64,000 bases of DNA from an uncultured delta proteobacterium (GTDB taxonomy: Bacteria > Desulfobacterota > Binatia > UBA9968): contig CAVXEP010000030.1 in assembly GCA_963760795.1 (NCBI GenBank), forward strand, positions 128,001 through 192,000, in the 5' to 3' direction. The position numbers were made by a program, and so were the translations under genes. The notes beneath the pieces are model-generated. The model saw only the letters and a program-made list of their open reading frames with translations, was not told the origin of the DNA and searched no databases. Each line of letters starts with the position of its first letter. The stretch's first letter is position 1. This document shows, in pieces, positions 61,556 through 64,000 of this stretch.

Positions 61556-64000
61556 GTGACTGCCGAGACCGTCTATGGTTTGCTCAAAACTCAGGCCAAG
61601 CTGAGCCCGAGCAATATTGCGATCTTTGCACCGGCTCGCGACCCCCTCACGTGCGTTGCCTTATGCCGCCATGTGGAGCAAGTCGTCGGGACGCTAAATT
61701 TCCACCGCATCGGCCGCGGCGACCGGGTGGCGCTAGTATTACCAAACGGTGCGGAAATGTTGACGGCATTTCTGACCGTCGCGTGCGGAGCTACTGCGGC
61801 GCCGCTCAATCCGGCATTTTCCGCCGGCGAGTTCGACTCGGCTCTGCAAGACTTAAGGATCGGAGCGGTGATTGTGCAGGCCTCGACCGAATCGCCTGTG
61901 CGCGAGGTCGCTGAGAACCGCAGCATACCGATTCTCGAACTTTCCTTCGATACTAATGATCCGGCGGGGATTTTTTCATTGACGGGGGCGCGGCCAGCGG
62001 CTTCGAGTTCTATTCGAAGTCCGGCTTTTGCTGGCGATGACGATATTGCCTTGGTGCTTTGCACTTCGGGTACCACGGCTCGGCCGAAGATCGTGCCATC
62101 GACGCAGTCGGCGATGATTGCGGGCGCCAACTTGACCATCGCTGCGCTCCAGTTGGCGGCGTCGGACCGATACCTGTGCGTGATGCCGATGTATCACACT
62201 CATGCGCTGATCACGAGTTTAGCCACGTTGCTCGCCGGCGGCGCGGTGGTCGCGGTTCCGCCATTCGATGTCGGCGACTTTTTCGGTTGGCTCGCCGGCT
62301 TTCGACCGACGTGGTATTCGGCGGCACCGACGATTCATCAAGCGATTGTGGCGCGAGCACACGAATACCGGGCGATCGTCGCCGAAAGTTCGCTGCGCTT
62401 CATTCGTTCTTCCGCGGCTCCATTGCCGCCTATCGTGCTGGCAGAATTAGAAGATGTCTTCCGCACGCCGGTGATCGAAGGCTACGGCATGACCGAAACC
62501 TGCTTATACGCGACGAGCAATCCGCTGCCGCCGCTTGAGAGAAAAATAGGATCGGTGGGAATCGCCGTTGGCACCGAACTCGTGATTCTTGATGGGGAGG
62601 GAGTGTCGCTTCCCGCCGGTCAGCCGGGAGAGATCGCCGTTCGAGGCGCCAACATCATGACGGCATACGAAAACAATCCCAGCGCCAACGCCGAAGCCTT
62701 TATCGACGGTTGGTTTCGGACCGGGGATCAAGGGTATTTGGATCGCGACCGCTATCTTTACATTACCGGAAGGTTGAAGGAGATGATCAATCGCGGCGGC
62801 GAGAAGATCTCACCGCTCGAAGTCGAGGAAGTACTTGCGAAACATCCGGAAGTTGCCGCCGCTGTCGTATTTGCCGTGCCTCATCCAACATTGGGCGAGG
62901 ATGTAGCCGCAGCAGTGGTGTTACGGAACGACAGCGGATCGGGTGTTTTGGACTTGCGCAGATATGTCGCCGCCCGGTTGGTCGGCCATAAGGTTCCTGG
63001 GCAAATTTTGATTATCGACGCGATCCCCGCCAGCTCCACCGGAAAGGTCCAGCGTGCTAAATTAGCGCAGTGCTTTTCGGATCGTTTGCAGGCGGAATTC
63101 GTCGAGCCGAGAAATGTCAATGAATTGTGCTTGGCGGATATCTGGCAAGATGTTCTAGGGATCCCATCAATCAGTATTAACGATAATTTCTTCGCCCTCG
63201 GCGGCGATTCGATCAAGGCCACCCAAGTGATCAGTCGCATTCGCCAGCGGTTCCACGTTGAGGTCTCCATCCGATCCTTCTTCGTCGCCCCGACTGTCGC
63301 TTCACTGGCACAGGAGCTGAGCGCCGGCGGTTCAGAGCGTCACCACGAAGCTGTGACGCCAGTTGAAATTCGCTCGCCTAGCGCGCCCGCTACGCCCGCG
63401 GCAGTTCCGCCCGCCGGCGCGGCGAACGAACCGTTGGGACAAACGGCGGCGGCGCGAACCAAACGGATGGAATTTAGTCTGTTCTTTTTCTCCGCCGACG
63501 GCTCGGCCGTCAAAGATGACAAATACCGTTTATTTCTCGAAAGCCTGCAGTACGCCGACCAAAATGACTTCACGGCGATCTGGACGCCGGAGCGGCATTT
63601 CCATCCGTTCGGCGGTCTGTATCCCAATCCCGCTATTCTCGGCGCCGCGGCGGCGACGCTCACCAAGCAAATACAGATTCGCGCCGGCAGCGTCGTTGTC
63701 CCGTTTCAAGATCCGTTGCGTGTCGCCGAGGAGTGGTCGGTGATCGATAACTTGTCCGGTGGACGGGTCGGAATAGCCTGCGCGTCGGGTTGGCATGTAA
63801 ATGACTTTGTTCTCGCGCCGGGGAATTACCAGCGCCGGCGCGAAATCATGGCCGAAAGGATCGCCGTCATTCAAAAACTCTGGCGCGGCGAGCCGGTCGC
63901 TTTGCCTAACGGCGCCGGCAAGCTCATTGAGGTGCGCATCTATCCGCAACCGATTCAGCCTAGTTTGCCTATCTGGCTGGCCAGCCACAGCGATGCGACC
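61556..64000 (+). CDS. Multidomain NRPS-like protein: acyl-CoA ligase/adenylation + PCP + luciferase-like monooxygenase; runs off the window end
   Basis: One frame from GTG 61556, missed by the ORF track: TSGTT.RPK, EGYGMTE, FRTGD.G, GR.KE.INRGGEKI, TGKVQR, LGGDS, then FSLFFF..IWTPERHFHPFGGLYPNP. Confidence 0.85.
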   Translation, partial: MTAETVYGLLKTQAKLSPSNIAIFAPARDPLTCVALCRHVEQVVGTLNFHRIGRGDRVALVLPNGAEMLTAFLTVACGATAAPLNPAFSAGEFDSALQDLRIGAVIVQASTESPVREVAENRSIPILELSFDTNDPAGIFSLTGARPAASSSIRSPAFAGDDDIALVLCTSGTTARPKIVPSTQSAMIAGANLTIAALQLAASDRYLCVMPMYHTHALITSLATLLAGGAVVAVPPFDVGDFFGWLAGFRPTWYSAAPTIHQAIVARAHEYRAIVAESSLRFIRSSAAPLPPIVLAELEDVFRTPVIEGYGMTETCLYATSNPLPPLERKIGSVGIAVGTELVILDGEGVSLPAGQPGEIAVRGANIMTAYENNPSANAEAFIDGWFRTGDQGYLDRDRYLYITGRLKEMINRGGEKISPLEVEEVLAKHPEVAAAVVFAVPHPTLGEDVAAAVVLRNDSGSGVLDLRRYVAARLVGHKVPGQILIIDAIPASSTGKVQRAKLAQCFSDRLQAEFVEPRNVNELCLADIWQDVLGIPSISINDNFFALGGDSIKATQVISRIRQRFHVEVSIRSFFVAPTVASLAQELSAGGSERHHEAVTPVEIRSPSAPATPAAVPPAGAANEPLGQTAAARTKRMEFSLFFFSADGSAVKDDKYRLFLESLQYADQNDFTAIWTPERHFHPFGGLYPNPAILGAAAATLTKQIQIRAGSVVVPFQDPLRVAEEWSVIDNLSGGRVGIACASGWHVNDFVLAPGNYQRRREIMAERIAVIQKLWRGEPVALPNGAGKLIEVRIYPQPIQPSLPIWLASHSDAT

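Overview
Bacterial chromosomal window, mostly GC-rich. The gene content suggests Candidatus Binatia or a similar Deltaproteobacteria-like lineage (inference): many amidohydrolases, TctC/Bug and ABC solute-binding proteins, MFS transporters and cupins. It also carries prpE, a split ComD/ComE-like TPP decarboxylase, a PLD plus DUF1353 pair, a lipid head-group operon (CDP-alcohol transferase, class V aminotransferase, pgpA), two NRPS-like genes, a lower-GC three-gene HEPN operon, a dense toxin-antitoxin region (26-33 kb), two copies of an IS1182-family element, an ISNCY remnant and many REP/MITE-like repeats. Best finding: a cobalamin-independent methionine synthase II (MetE catalytic-domain)-like gene at 42010-43113. 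Its Zn-ligand Cys codon in H-x-C-R-G-N is an in-frame TGA, followed by a hairpin resembling a bacterial SECIS, so it is a candidate selenoprotein. Other findings are a recurring pattern of diverged duplicates of gene 3' ends left downstream of inserted cargo, a ~400-bp AT-rich fragment resembling T4-like phage DNA with a TATAAATA late-promoter motif, and IS insertions next to a GTCAGGCTTG repeat motif. I saw no rRNA, tRNA or CRISPR array. All family calls come from motif recognition; no database searches were run.
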